A stretch of DNA of 60,432 bases, the filler included, from Nitrospinae bacterium RIFCSPLOWO2_12_FULL_45_22 (GTDB taxonomy: Bacteria; 2-12-FULL-45-22): NCBI GenBank assembly GCA_001803565.1. It is 5 parts of 5 records of this genome, joined end to end, with 100 filler letters (N's around TTAATTAATTAA, not from the genome) between each part and the next. Parts side by side here need not be neighbours in the genome. Positions count along the whole stretch, not along the records: positions 24,803 to 46,355 come from MHDQ01000154.1; 4 more parts are not named here. One strand, given 5' to 3'. The notes beneath the pieces are model-generated. The model saw only the letters and a program-made list of their open reading frames with translations, was not told the DNA's origin and did no database searches. The position numbers and the translations under genes were made by a program. This document shows positions 26,794-36,587 of the stretch, one piece after another. The first letter of the stretch is position 1; the number at the start of each line of letters is the position of its first letter.

Positions 26794-27840
26794 ATGAGTT
26801 TTAACAAGTTTTGTATGAGTTCATATCTAGCTTTTCGATATGTCGCTAAAGAAGGAATTGCCTGGAAAGATGGCGTTATGCCTCTCTATCCACTGATTTC
26901 TCAACGGAAGCAAATAGGTGTTCGCGATGCAGGTCAGATTCTCGAAGTGCTGCGAAACTTGATGGGCCAGATCTGCAAGGATCAAAGTGTGGGAATTTTA
27001 CTCAGCGGAGGGATTGACTCGGGTATATTGGCTGCACTTATGCCGCTTCATTCCCGCGCTTATACCATTCAGTTCCATGCTGAAAATGCGATTGATGAAA
27101 GTTTAAGGGCACGGGCCTATATAGAATGCTACAGTCTGAGACATAGCATCGTCCAGGTTACGTGGGAAGATTATCTTGAGTCAATGGACATTTTGATGCT
27201 TAATAAGAAATCTCCCTTACATCCAGTCGAAGTGGGCCTCTTCAAGGCGGCTTCTACTGCAGCCGCTGATGGTGTTCGAACACTTATTGTAGGCAATGGC
27301 GCTGACTCCACATTTGGCGGCATGGATAAATTGTTATCCCGTGATTGGACATTTGACGAGTTTGACAAACGGTACACCTTTGTAAAGCCTGCAACAGTGC
27401 TTAAAGAACCTGTTCCGATAAGTTCAGTTTATGAAGAATACCGAATAGATGGCGGTGTAGACATCTGTAAGTTTCTGAAAGTTGTGCATGGACGAGGAAT
27501 TATTCAAGCTTTTAACAATGCTATCAGTTCCGCAGGATGTGCAATTATTGAGCCGTATGAATACCTTTTTCTGGATGCCCCCCTGGATATAGCACGCATT
27601 CGAAAAGGAGAGAGCAAATATCTCTTGCGAAGCATATTTCAGCAGCTTTATCCCGGTCTAGATGTGTGCCTAAAGATTCCTTTTGCCCGGCCAATGGATC
27701 AATGGATGAAAAATTGGAATGGTCCCTCAAGGTCGGAATTTTTGGATAACTTAGATGCGAGCGAGTTCACTGGAGAACAGAAATGGCTTATATACTGTTT
27801 GGAAAGGTTCATGAATTTATTTGACGGGAAATGGGCATGA
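26794..27840 (+). CDS. Asparagine-synthase C-terminal (PP-loop ATPase) domain protein without a glutaminase domain
   Basis: GILLSGGIDS PP-loop, G.GAD..FGG, SKYLLR. No N-terminal Cys-Gly Ntn domain. Confidence 0.78.
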   Translation: MSFNKFCMSSYLAFRYVAKEGIAWKDGVMPLYPLISQRKQIGVRDAGQILEVLRNLMGQICKDQSVGILLSGGIDSGILAALMPLHSRAYTIQFHAENAIDESLRARAYIECYSLRHSIVQVTWEDYLESMDILMLNKKSPLHPVEVGLFKAASTAAADGVRTLIVGNGADSTFGGMDKLLSRDWTFDEFDKRYTFVKPATVLKEPVPISSVYEEYRIDGGVDICKFLKVVHGRGIIQAFNNAISSAGCAIIEPYEYLFLDAPLDIARIRKGESKYLLRSIFQQLYPGLDVCLKIPFARPMDQWMKNWNGPSRSEFLDNLDASEFTGEQKWLIYCLERFMNLFDGKWA

Positions 27841-29333
27841 TTAGTCGCGATAGTTTCACACCAGTTGCTATCACTAAGGTTGCTGGCCAATATCCGGACG
27901 TTTTTCCATTTAACCCTGACGAAGCGTATCCGGAGTACTCAGGAAGAAATCTCTCAAATGAGCCCAACTATGTATATCGTGCGGTGCGAGAAAGTCTCCG
28001 ATTGCTTGGCTGTGACACGGAAAAAGTCGGTAGCAAAGAATGGAACCCCCTCGGTTTTCTTATCGAACCAGGCGATAGGGTATTCATAAAACCAAATCTC
28101 CTCACACATGAGTACAGGAACTCCTTTGGACACAACGGAGACATCTATTCAGTGATAACACATCCATCCATAGTTCGGGCGGTAGCTGACTATGCGGCAA
28201 TAGCACTTAAAGGCCAAGGGGAAATCATTATCGGTGACAACCCCTGTATTGATGCCGATTTCAACCGGCTATTAGAGATTACACAGCTTCATTTATTTGA
28301 ATCTTTTTACCGTGATAATTTTGGGGTCAATTGTCGCGTCCTGGATCTCAGGCCAATGAGGACAGATAACCTGTACTACTATGGCTTTAAGTCCAAGACG
28401 AAACAATTGGAAGGTGATCCTGAGTCGAGCTCGATTATCAATCTCGGTGAAAAATCATATTTCTATGGAATGAACCCATTACTTTTTCGAGGAGTATATA
28501 CAAAGCGTTGGGAAACAATAAAACACCATCATGGAAAGGTGCATGAATATTGCATTTCGAATACAGTTCTGAACTCAGACGTTTACATTTCTATTCCAAA
28601 GCTCAAGACCCATCATAAGGTAGGAGTATCACTTAACATCAAGGGTTTAGTCGGCATAAATGCCAACAAGAATTTTCTTATTCATTGGCGTTTGGGGTTT
28701 CCTAAGATGGGGGGAGATGAGTTTCCCCCGCCGCATCGGTTGACCGACTACTTCATCTTAGCCTTGAGGCATCTCTTTCTAGACCTCATCCCGGAAGAAA
28801 AATATTTGTGGTTGAGACAACAGCTAAAAGGCACCAAATTAGACATTCTATTTCAGGATACAAAGTGTCTTTCATTTAAACATTATCGAGGGGCCTGGGA
28901 TGGTAATGATACGTGTTGGCGTATGGCGGCTGACCTCTACAACGTATTCGTAAAAGATATAACGGGTTGGAGGCAAAGGAACGGAAAGAACAGGGGGGTG
29001 AAGACATTTTCAGTCCTTGATGGAGTGGTAGCAGGAGAAGGCGAGGGTCCTTTCTGCCCAACGGCCAAACCGGCTCAGTTTATCATAGCTGGAGAGGATT
29101 TGCTGCTTGTCGATTGTATTGGAGTGCGATTGATGGACTTCAAGCTTGAAGAGGTCAAGTATATCGATCACCTTATCCGAGACAATCAGGTAAATCTGAA
29201 TAAGGTAAGCTTGATTTCTGAAGATTTGGATACGGCAAATTTTTTTGACCAAAATAAGAACTACCTCCAGTTTGTGCCTCCTGTTGACTGGAAAAACTTA
29301 ACCATCGGCAATCATAGAGGAAACAAACAATGA
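27837..29333 (+). CDS. DUF362-family protein
   Basis: V.IKPNL, THP..VRAV, SIPKLKTHHKVGVSL.IK.LVG, DGVVAGEGEGP. ATGA overlap with the previous stop. Confidence 0.82.
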   Translation: MISRDSFTPVAITKVAGQYPDVFPFNPDEAYPEYSGRNLSNEPNYVYRAVRESLRLLGCDTEKVGSKEWNPLGFLIEPGDRVFIKPNLLTHEYRNSFGHNGDIYSVITHPSIVRAVADYAAIALKGQGEIIIGDNPCIDADFNRLLEITQLHLFESFYRDNFGVNCRVLDLRPMRTDNLYYYGFKSKTKQLEGDPESSSIINLGEKSYFYGMNPLLFRGVYTKRWETIKHHHGKVHEYCISNTVLNSDVYISIPKLKTHHKVGVSLNIKGLVGINANKNFLIHWRLGFPKMGGDEFPPPHRLTDYFILALRHLFLDLIPEEKYLWLRQQLKGTKLDILFQDTKCLSFKHYRGAWDGNDTCWRMAADLYNVFVKDITGWRQRNGKNRGVKTFSVLDGVVAGEGEGPFCPTAKPAQFIIAGEDLLLVDCIGVRLMDFKLEEVKYIDHLIRDNQVNLNKVSLISEDLDTANFFDQNKNYLQFVPPVDWKNLTIGNHRGNKQ

Positions 29334-30130
29334 AAATAATTATACTCGCTGCTGGTAAAGGAGAGAGGCTGATGCCCCTCACCAGAAACACACCGAAGCC
29401 TTTGCTGGATATGGGAAATGGAAGTACCTTGCTGGAAGAGCAAATCAGCAACATACAAGAGTCGGGGGTTATTGATGAGATCGTTTTGGTGATTGGCTAT
29501 TTGGCGGAGCAAGTGGAGGCAAAGATCAAGTTGCATCTTATCAATGGCATTAATATCAAGACAGTTTTCAATCCATTTTATGAAGTATCAAATAACTTAA
29601 TGTCATTGTGGTTGACCAAACATGAAATGGATGATGACTTCATGGTTACAAACGGGGACAACTTGTTCAGTCCCGAAGTTTTTAAAGGTTTAGTAGAAGA
29701 GAATAGCGAGGGAATATTTTTATCGGTCAGTATTAAAGACAAGTACGATTACGACGACATGAAAGTCACCCTTCAAGACAATCTAGTAGCCCGGGTAAAT
29801 AAGAGGATTGAAATAGAACAAACCCATGGCGAATCCCCAGGTTTGGCTATGCTCAGAGGCGCCAGGGCTAGAAATCTATTTAAAGATCATTTGGAGATTC
29901 TTGCGAGAAACAAGAGGTATATCAACACCTTCTGGCTCGAAGTGTTTAATCTGCTCTATGAAAGGGGTATCCCCGTGAATCCGTGGATGTTTGATGGAAC
30001 AACCCAGTGGCAAGAGGTTGATTTCCATGTTGACGTGGAGAAAGTAAAATCTGTTTTGCAACCAAAGATGAAGCTATTTTTCTCCATAAGAGACCCCGAA
30101 GCTAAATGCGAAAAAATAGCTACGAGGTAG
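29330..30130 (+). CDS. Nucleotidyltransferase, LicC / phosphocholine- or phosphonate-cytidylyltransferase-like
   Basis: IILAAG.G.RL.PLT..TPKPLL, FNP.Y...NN..SL, NGD, W.EVDF..D. Confidence 0.85.
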   Translation: MKIIILAAGKGERLMPLTRNTPKPLLDMGNGSTLLEEQISNIQESGVIDEIVLVIGYLAEQVEAKIKLHLINGINIKTVFNPFYEVSNNLMSLWLTKHEMDDDFMVTNGDNLFSPEVFKGLVEENSEGIFLSVSIKDKYDYDDMKVTLQDNLVARVNKRIEIEQTHGESPGLAMLRGARARNLFKDHLEILARNKRYINTFWLEVFNLLYERGIPVNPWMFDGTTQWQEVDFHVDVEKVKSVLQPKMKLFFSIRDPEAKCEKIATR

Positions 30131-30131
30131 A

Positions 30132-30944
30132 ATGATGGCCCTCCTCGAAGCACCGCACACAATGTACCAATGCGAAGACCCAATGCTAGAAACAGAGGGG
30201 TACTTTTGGAGATCATCTACAGAACGCCTTGCGAAATATATTACCGACAAATACCAGTTGAATCCCACGTCAAGTTGTATAGTTTTTGATGCCTTGAACG
30301 TCATCGAACAATTCTATAGAACTAGGAAGTCGATAACTTGCAGTGGTCATACTATTGATGTGACATCAAGCCCAATCCTTGCAGAAGAAGGGCGGGTTTT
30401 ATTGCGACTGGCGATAAATGAAAGAGTTCAACATACGCTTGAAGTCGGATTTGGATTTGGCATGTCTACCTGTCATCTGCTCACCGCTCACGAGGTTACC
30501 GGAGGGTTAGAGCATTTGGCTATCGATCCCTTAGAGCAAAGTAAATACTATCAAGGCTGTGGGTTGATGAATGTTTTCCAAGCCAGATTGGGATCACGCT
30601 TCTTGTGGATTAAAGAGCCCTCAAATATTGCCTTGCCAAGGTTGCTTTCCTCGAGGAATCAATTTGATTTCTGCTTTATTGATGGGAGCCATATATTCGG
30701 AGATATATTTGTTGACTCCTATTATATCAATTTTCTACTTGGATACGGAAGGGTGCTGGTTCTGCATGATGCATGGCTTTCTGCAACGCAGACAGTTCGC
30801 AACATTCTTATTACCAATTTTGGATTCAGAGAAGAGCCAGATTCTTCTGTACCTAACTTAGTGATATTGAGAAAAGTTGGGGAAGGCAAACTCGACTGGA
30901 AAGAGTTCTCTACTCAATTTGAGCCATTTAAGGTGTCAGGGTAG
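30132..30944 (+). CDS. Class I SAM-dependent methyltransferase
   Basis: TLEVGFGFGMS, AIDP, FDFCFIDGSH, LHD. Confidence 0.82.
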   Translation: MMALLEAPHTMYQCEDPMLETEGYFWRSSTERLAKYITDKYQLNPTSSCIVFDALNVIEQFYRTRKSITCSGHTIDVTSSPILAEEGRVLLRLAINERVQHTLEVGFGFGMSTCHLLTAHEVTGGLEHLAIDPLEQSKYYQGCGLMNVFQARLGSRFLWIKEPSNIALPRLLSSRNQFDFCFIDGSHIFGDIFVDSYYINFLLGYGRVLVLHDAWLSATQTVRNILITNFGFREEPDSSVPNLVILRKVGEGKLDWKEFSTQFEPFKVSG

Positions 30945-30964
30945 AAACTTCTGAGGTAAATATT

Positions 30965-33900
30965 ATGTTAATTGATTTCTATACCTACAGTATCCACGAG
31001 ATTATTGTTTGGGCGTATATCTGGAAAGCATTGTTACGTCGTGGCGTAGAAGCTCACTTCATCGTTGAACCACCAGGGCTAAACACCACTTATGGCTCGA
31101 AACCCGATAAGACGCGAGGATACCTCGACATAAAAACCGAAAACTTAGTTCCCCTGATGACGCCTGATGCCTATAAAGATATTATTGGTTTTCTTCAAGA
31201 GAGTGGTTATCCATACGAAACCCGTGGTCACTACAATGCCGATGCGGTTGTCACAGCACTTGGAATATACCATTTATATAGATACCGGGGTCTCAAACTT
31301 AGAACGCTCTATGGGTCCCCTGCACACAAAGACGCGTTTGGATATCATGAAATCAATAAGGGTTTGGATGCAGTATTTGTACACGGTGACTTCACCCGGG
31401 AGTGCATTCAAAAGTGGCTCCCAGCAGAAGATGTAATTATTACGGGTTATCCAAAGTACAGCCTTTTTTTTCGTGGGGAGGTTGATACCAATTCTTGGTC
31501 TAAGCGATTTAGGTTGGATCCCAACAAAAAAACGGTCGTATACTTTTCTACATGGGCACACAACAGCTCCCTGGACAGCTTTGCGGAGGAGATTGCACAA
31601 CTGGGAAAAACTTACAATGTGCTATACAAACCCCATCACAATAATTTACACTTCGAGTATGAACGTTATGATTTACTTCGAAAAGTTACTGGAGTGATAG
31701 TTGAGGAGAGAGTGCGCACCATTGTCCCGTTCTATGCAGTAGCTGATATTGTTCTGGCGGACGCACGGAGTGGAAGCTTTACGGAGGCATTCTTAACTAA
31801 TCGCCCAGTTATCGGCTTATCGCCCTATGACGATCCGGAAAAAGACTATCTGATTGATGGTATTTATGAAGCGGCACCTGTATGTCGTAATCCACATGAA
31901 TTACCTGAACTAGTGGCAGAATTGATCGCCCATGATACCTATATCCAAGACCGGCAAAAACTTGCGCGTTATCTTTTCACTAGCTTCGATGGAAGGGACG
32001 ATGAAGTTACCGCTGACGGAATAATAAAAGTTGTAAGGCGGAAAACTGCTAAACCAGCAGTTACCGGAGATCATTTCGTCTCTCATACTAGCGATGGGAG
32101 CAATAGCAGGGCAGCTCCCACAACCTCAAACGGTCCCACATTCAGCATCATCATCCCTACGCACAACCGTTCGGCGATTCTGCGAAAATGCCTCGATGCC
32201 TTAGCGGTTCAGACATTCTCATCCAATGGATTCGAGGTCTTTGTCTGCGATGATGGTTCTACAGATGATACAGAAGAGATTATTAAGGGTTACTCGTCCC
32301 CTTACAAGCTTACTTATCTCCGTCAGAATAATCAGGGACCAGCATCGGCACGTAATAGGGGAATACGCAAAGCAAGAGGGGAATACCTATTATTTTTAAA
32401 TGATGATGCAATTGTCGAACCTGGCACTCTCTCCATACATCACGAAACACTCAATGCCCATAAACGAGAGAAGATTGCAGTGCTTGGAAGGTTTTCGATG
32501 CTGCCTGAGTATACAAAGTCGCCATTCGGTTATCTTTTAGAGAATTTAGGTGTGTTGTTCAGGTACACCATCATGCAGTCTGGGCAACTCTACATCATGC
32601 AGTCTGGACAACTCTATGATTACAACTTTTTTTATACCTGTAACCTTAGTATTTTGCGTCAAATCGTCCTTGATGTCGGGATGTTCGATGAAGACTTCAC
32701 AAGCCCGGCTGGAGAAGACCTTGAGCTGGGATACCGACTTCAGAAATATGGATATCGAGTATTTTATGAGCCTAAAGCTGTCACCTGGCACGATCACCTC
32801 ATCTCTCCTGAAGGTTTTTGCAATATCCATAAAGTTCGTGGTGACGGGTCAGTAACATTGAACGTTAAGCACCCAGGGCTAAACTGGTACAAAGGGCTCA
32901 ACCATACCGTCGTTGATCAATGGAGGCAAAGTATTAATGAACTATCTCAGAAAATCCCCAAGATATTAACCGAAATCAATAAAATAACTAGATCAACACC
33001 ATACAATTGTAATCCGCATACTCTTCACAAAATTGCCGAACAAATCTCTCCAGAAGTGGAACTTCTGCAACAGTACTATAGTACGCAAGGGTCTATATCA
33101 AGCCCGTTGCTGGAGCGTTTGATTGAGATATGTTCAGGTAGTACACGCTCACATAAAAACCATAATTCCCTGGACCCTTCTAAACTTATAGTGGAAGCAG
33201 GGCGTGGACTCATTAAAGAGCCCATCAGAAAAGACCTTTCTGGTTATCCCCTGGTAGTTGGGAAAAAGGCCAAAGAAAAATCGCATAAACCCATGCTATC
33301 TGTAATTATCCCCACAAGGGAGCGGGCAGATGTCCTTAAAGTTTCCCTGGAGGCGTTAGATAAGCAAACCATTCCAAGGGAATTATATGCAGTCGTTATA
33401 ATTGATGATGGATCGGGAAATACCGGCTATGACTGGATAAAAGGATGCGGATACGGGTATCAGATAAAGGTGCTTAACCAAGATAAGAAAGGGCCAGCGG
33501 CGGCGCGGAATCTGGGTATTAGAAATGCTGAAGGAGGCCTTCTCCTATTTATGAATGATGATGCGATTGCTGACCCAAGGCTGCTGGAAGAGCATCTGAA
33601 AGCCCATAATAAGAATGAAGATAGTAAAGTCGCGGTCTTGGGTGGTTTCCACCTAGCAGAGTATAAAGAATCCCTATTTATGAGCCTATTGGAGAATACT
33701 GACTTACTAATGAGCTACCGAGACATGAAACCCGGCCAACTCTATGACTTTAATTATTTCTGGACCTGCAACATTAGTGTTCCCCGAGAGGATGTAATAA
33801 GGGTAGGGCTCTTTGATGAAGATTTCACTGAACCTATGACAGAAGATGTAGAGTTCGGGTATCGGCTGGAAAAGATGGGCTATAAGGTGCTCTATTGGCC

Positions 33901-36487
33901 GGAGGCATACTGTGAGCACAAACACAGCTTTAGTTTTGCCAGCTTCTGCCAAAAACAACTTATGTGTGGTAGAAATTTTGTCAGACTGGTCACCAGGCAT
34001 CCTGAAATAATGGTCCAAGCCTATGGTGTTGACCATTTCACCCCGGAAATATTGGATATTTTCAGAAAAGATTTAGCAACTGATCGTCATAGAATTGATT
34101 CGTTCGAGGGGCTATTCCATTCCATAGAAGGGCTAAGGATAAAAGACTATGCTAAAGTCTCAGAAATCTTTGCCCATACCTTCTCTTCTTTAGAAGAATG
34201 CTTTCAGATATTGGGCCCTCTTATCTGGCAAATCCGGCACTATCACTGGAAGCGAGGTGTGCTACAAGCGATGGAAGCCAGGGATATCACGGTTGAGTCA
34301 TCAACAAGACGGATCCAACAAAAAACTTCTCAGATACCTACTCAAACACCGAGGAAGGTCTTGCTCAGTAATCCACCCTGGTTTGCCGAGAATGGGGCAA
34401 TATGGGGCATACGGGCCGGGAGCCGATGGCCTTTTACCACAGAAGTGGGATGCCCTTACTATCCTTACCCATTCCTCCTGGGATATGCCACCAGTTGCTT
34501 GCTGGAAAATGGGATAAATGCCTGGATGGTGGATTCTATCCTTAGCCGGGAGTCATTAGCTTCTTATTATCGGCGGATTCAAGAAATACAGTTCGATTAT
34601 GTAGTAATTGAGACCTCTACTCCGAGTAGTGATAAAGATCTGGTTATTGCCCAGGAAGTGGCCAGGTATAGTAAAGTCATCCTTACCGGACCGCATGCTA
34701 CTGTCTTTGCTGATGAGCTGGCAACTAAGCCATACATTCATGCCGTCTTGAAGGGGGAGTATGAGAAGAATCTCCTTGAGGCCGTGCGCAGTGGTAAGCC
34801 GGGCATTTACGATTATGACCTGGTAGAAGATATAGATAGCCTCCCCTATCCATACCGTGATTCTACTATTTATCGTTATTGCGACCGCTTCCCGGTAACT
34901 CCCGCCGGCCCAGCCCTCCAGATGTGGGGGAGCCGGGGTTGTCCTTACCGGTGTATATTCTGTCTCTGGCCCCCGGTTATGTATAAAGGCAAGTTCCGCA
35001 TGAAGCGACCAGGAGCCATAATCAGGGAGATCGAAGAAGTACTGGCGGCTTACCCTCGCTTTACCAGTATCTACTTCGATGATGATACATTCAATATAGG
35101 CAAAGACAGAATATGGGAGATATGCGATGGACTAAAACAGATTGGTCTCCCCTGGGCAGCCATGTGCCGGGCAGATACGGTTGATGTGGAAACCTTTAGG
35201 ATCATGAAAGACTCTGGATGCTATGCGGTAAAATTTGGTGTGGAGAGCGGCTGCCAGGAATTGGTAGACCGCTGCCAGAAGAAACTTGATCTGAAAACCG
35301 TGGAAGAAAATATCAGAGAGGTACGGAAGATGGGCATCTTTGTCCATACTACCTTTACCTTTGGCCTGCCCGGGGAGAGTATTAAGTCCATCAAAGCCAC
35401 CCAGCGGTTTTATAGGCACACCCGGCCCGATAGTTATCAACAGAGTTGCTGTACGCCGTTCCCGGGCACACCTTTTTATGATATATGGGGAAAAGCCAAT
35501 ATCAGCAATAGTGATAGTTTCAGGTGGGATAAGCTGGATGGTAATAAGGGTTGTGTGATGGGTGGCAATGGCCTTTCAGCCGAAGAAATCACCTCCCTGG
35601 GAAAGGTAGAGAGCCAATGTTTTGTCTGGGGGCGGATGCTAAGGAGGCATATGGGGCCCTGGCTGGTTAAGGCAGCCCAGGAGTTGGGCTATAGAGCCTT
35701 TGCCTTAGATAATATCGAGCCTCACCCGGTGGCTATTAGCCTGCTTCTAAAGGCCAGTCCCTTAGATATATTTATTGCCGATAGAGGTGTAGGGCTTACA
35801 CCAGACATTCTAAAACTCATCAAGGCCAAGAAGGTCCTCTATTATCCTGATATTCTACCTACCCTCTACGCCACTAATCTTCACGCTGGACTAAGGTATG
35901 CAGAGTTCCGTAACATAGCCCCATATTTCGACTACATAGTTCTTCATGATGACGAAGCGCTGCCCTACTTGATAGAGAAGGGCCATAAAAATATTGTGGG
36001 CAAGATAGTTTTACCCTTTGAGGCAACCCTCCACAAAAAGATACCGCTGCCCAAGGAGTATGACCTTTTATTCTTCGGCACCCCCTCTGAATATCGGCAA
36101 AGCTGGTTGGCATATATCGAGGAGAAATATCCGGTTTTTTACCCCACGGTCTTTGAGGACGAATTAGTCCGGGTGATAAACCGCTCCAGGATTATCCTGA
36201 ATCTTCACTATACACCCTTACCAAATACCGAGCACCGGGTTATTGAGGCTATGGCCTGCGGGGCCTTTGTCCTATCCGAACCCCTGGCTGATAGAGACCT
36301 GTTTGAAGAAGGAAAAGAGCTCGTCTATTTCGATAAATCAGATGTCTTCGATAAGATAGGTTACTACCTTTACCACGAGGAAGAGCGGGAGGAAATAGCT
36401 AGCTGGGCCTGGCAAAAAGTAACCGCTCACTTCTCAGCAAAGGATCAGTTAAAAAACCTTCTGGAACTATGCGGGGAGGAGGTCTAG
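30965..36487 (+). CDS. 1840-aa multidomain enzyme: TagF/TagB-like glycerophosphotransferase + GT2 + GT2 + B12-binding radical SAM + CgeB-like GT-B
   Basis: ITGYPK, TW, KPHH (TagF-like); SIIIPTHNR..DDGS..FLNDD; SVIIPTRER..DDGS..FMNDD; GPHAT and SRGCPYRCIFC; RVIEAMACGAFVLS. Confidence 0.88.
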   Translation: MLIDFYTYSIHEIIVWAYIWKALLRRGVEAHFIVEPPGLNTTYGSKPDKTRGYLDIKTENLVPLMTPDAYKDIIGFLQESGYPYETRGHYNADAVVTALGIYHLYRYRGLKLRTLYGSPAHKDAFGYHEINKGLDAVFVHGDFTRECIQKWLPAEDVIITGYPKYSLFFRGEVDTNSWSKRFRLDPNKKTVVYFSTWAHNSSLDSFAEEIAQLGKTYNVLYKPHHNNLHFEYERYDLLRKVTGVIVEERVRTIVPFYAVADIVLADARSGSFTEAFLTNRPVIGLSPYDDPEKDYLIDGIYEAAPVCRNPHELPELVAELIAHDTYIQDRQKLARYLFTSFDGRDDEVTADGIIKVVRRKTAKPAVTGDHFVSHTSDGSNSRAAPTTSNGPTFSIIIPTHNRSAILRKCLDALAVQTFSSNGFEVFVCDDGSTDDTEEIIKGYSSPYKLTYLRQNNQGPASARNRGIRKARGEYLLFLNDDAIVEPGTLSIHHETLNAHKREKIAVLGRFSMLPEYTKSPFGYLLENLGVLFRYTIMQSGQLYIMQSGQLYDYNFFYTCNLSILRQIVLDVGMFDEDFTSPAGEDLELGYRLQKYGYRVFYEPKAVTWHDHLISPEGFCNIHKVRGDGSVTLNVKHPGLNWYKGLNHTVVDQWRQSINELSQKIPKILTEINKITRSTPYNCNPHTLHKIAEQISPEVELLQQYYSTQGSISSPLLERLIEICSGSTRSHKNHNSLDPSKLIVEAGRGLIKEPIRKDLSGYPLVVGKKAKEKSHKPMLSVIIPTRERADVLKVSLEALDKQTIPRELYAVVIIDDGSGNTGYDWIKGCGYGYQIKVLNQDKKGPAAARNLGIRNAEGGLLLFMNDDAIADPRLLEEHLKAHNKNEDSKVAVLGGFHLAEYKESLFMSLLENTDLLMSYRDMKPGQLYDFNYFWTCNISVPREDVIRVGLFDEDFTEPMTEDVEFGYRLEKMGYKVLYWPEAYCEHKHSFSFASFCQKQLMCGRNFVRLVTRHPEIMVQAYGVDHFTPEILDIFRKDLATDRHRIDSFEGLFHSIEGLRIKDYAKVSEIFAHTFSSLEECFQILGPLIWQIRHYHWKRGVLQAMEARDITVESSTRRIQQKTSQIPTQTPRKVLLSNPPWFAENGAIWGIRAGSRWPFTTEVGCPYYPYPFLLGYATSCLLENGINAWMVDSILSRESLASYYRRIQEIQFDYVVIETSTPSSDKDLVIAQEVARYSKVILTGPHATVFADELATKPYIHAVLKGEYEKNLLEAVRSGKPGIYDYDLVEDIDSLPYPYRDSTIYRYCDRFPVTPAGPALQMWGSRGCPYRCIFCLWPPVMYKGKFRMKRPGAIIREIEEVLAAYPRFTSIYFDDDTFNIGKDRIWEICDGLKQIGLPWAAMCRADTVDVETFRIMKDSGCYAVKFGVESGCQELVDRCQKKLDLKTVEENIREVRKMGIFVHTTFTFGLPGESIKSIKATQRFYRHTRPDSYQQSCCTPFPGTPFYDIWGKANISNSDSFRWDKLDGNKGCVMGGNGLSAEEITSLGKVESQCFVWGRMLRRHMGPWLVKAAQELGYRAFALDNIEPHPVAISLLLKASPLDIFIADRGVGLTPDILKLIKAKKVLYYPDILPTLYATNLHAGLRYAEFRNIAPYFDYIVLHDDEALPYLIEKGHKNIVGKIVLPFEATLHKKIPLPKEYDLLFFGTPSEYRQSWLAYIEEKYPVFYPTVFEDELVRVINRSRIILNLHYTPLPNTEHRVIEAMACGAFVLSEPLADRDLFEEGKELVYFDKSDVFDKIGYYLYHEEEREEIASWAWQKVTAHFSAKDQLKNLLELCGEEV
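32569..32616 (+). repeat. In-frame 24-bp tandem duplication (IMQSGQLY x2)
   Basis: CATCATGCAGTCTGGGCAACTCTA followed by CATCATGCAGTCTGGACAACTCTA (23/24). Confidence 0.92.
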
Positions 36488-36587
36488 TAGCGCTTAATGG
36501 GGGCAGTTAATCCTTACCGATATTTTTGGTAAAGAAAGATTCAGATAAGATAAACAACGAACCATAGTATAGGGGGAAAGAGGTCCA

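Noticed and set aside
29330-30130. Phosphonate biosynthesis cluster
   Set aside because: No PEP mutase or phosphonopyruvate decarboxylase in the window; the nucleotidyltransferase alone is not diagnostic.
36494-36523. Internal sigma28-like promoter before the 1261-aa glycosyltransferase
   Set aside because: The -10-like ACCGATAT is present, but the -35 match and spacing are poor.
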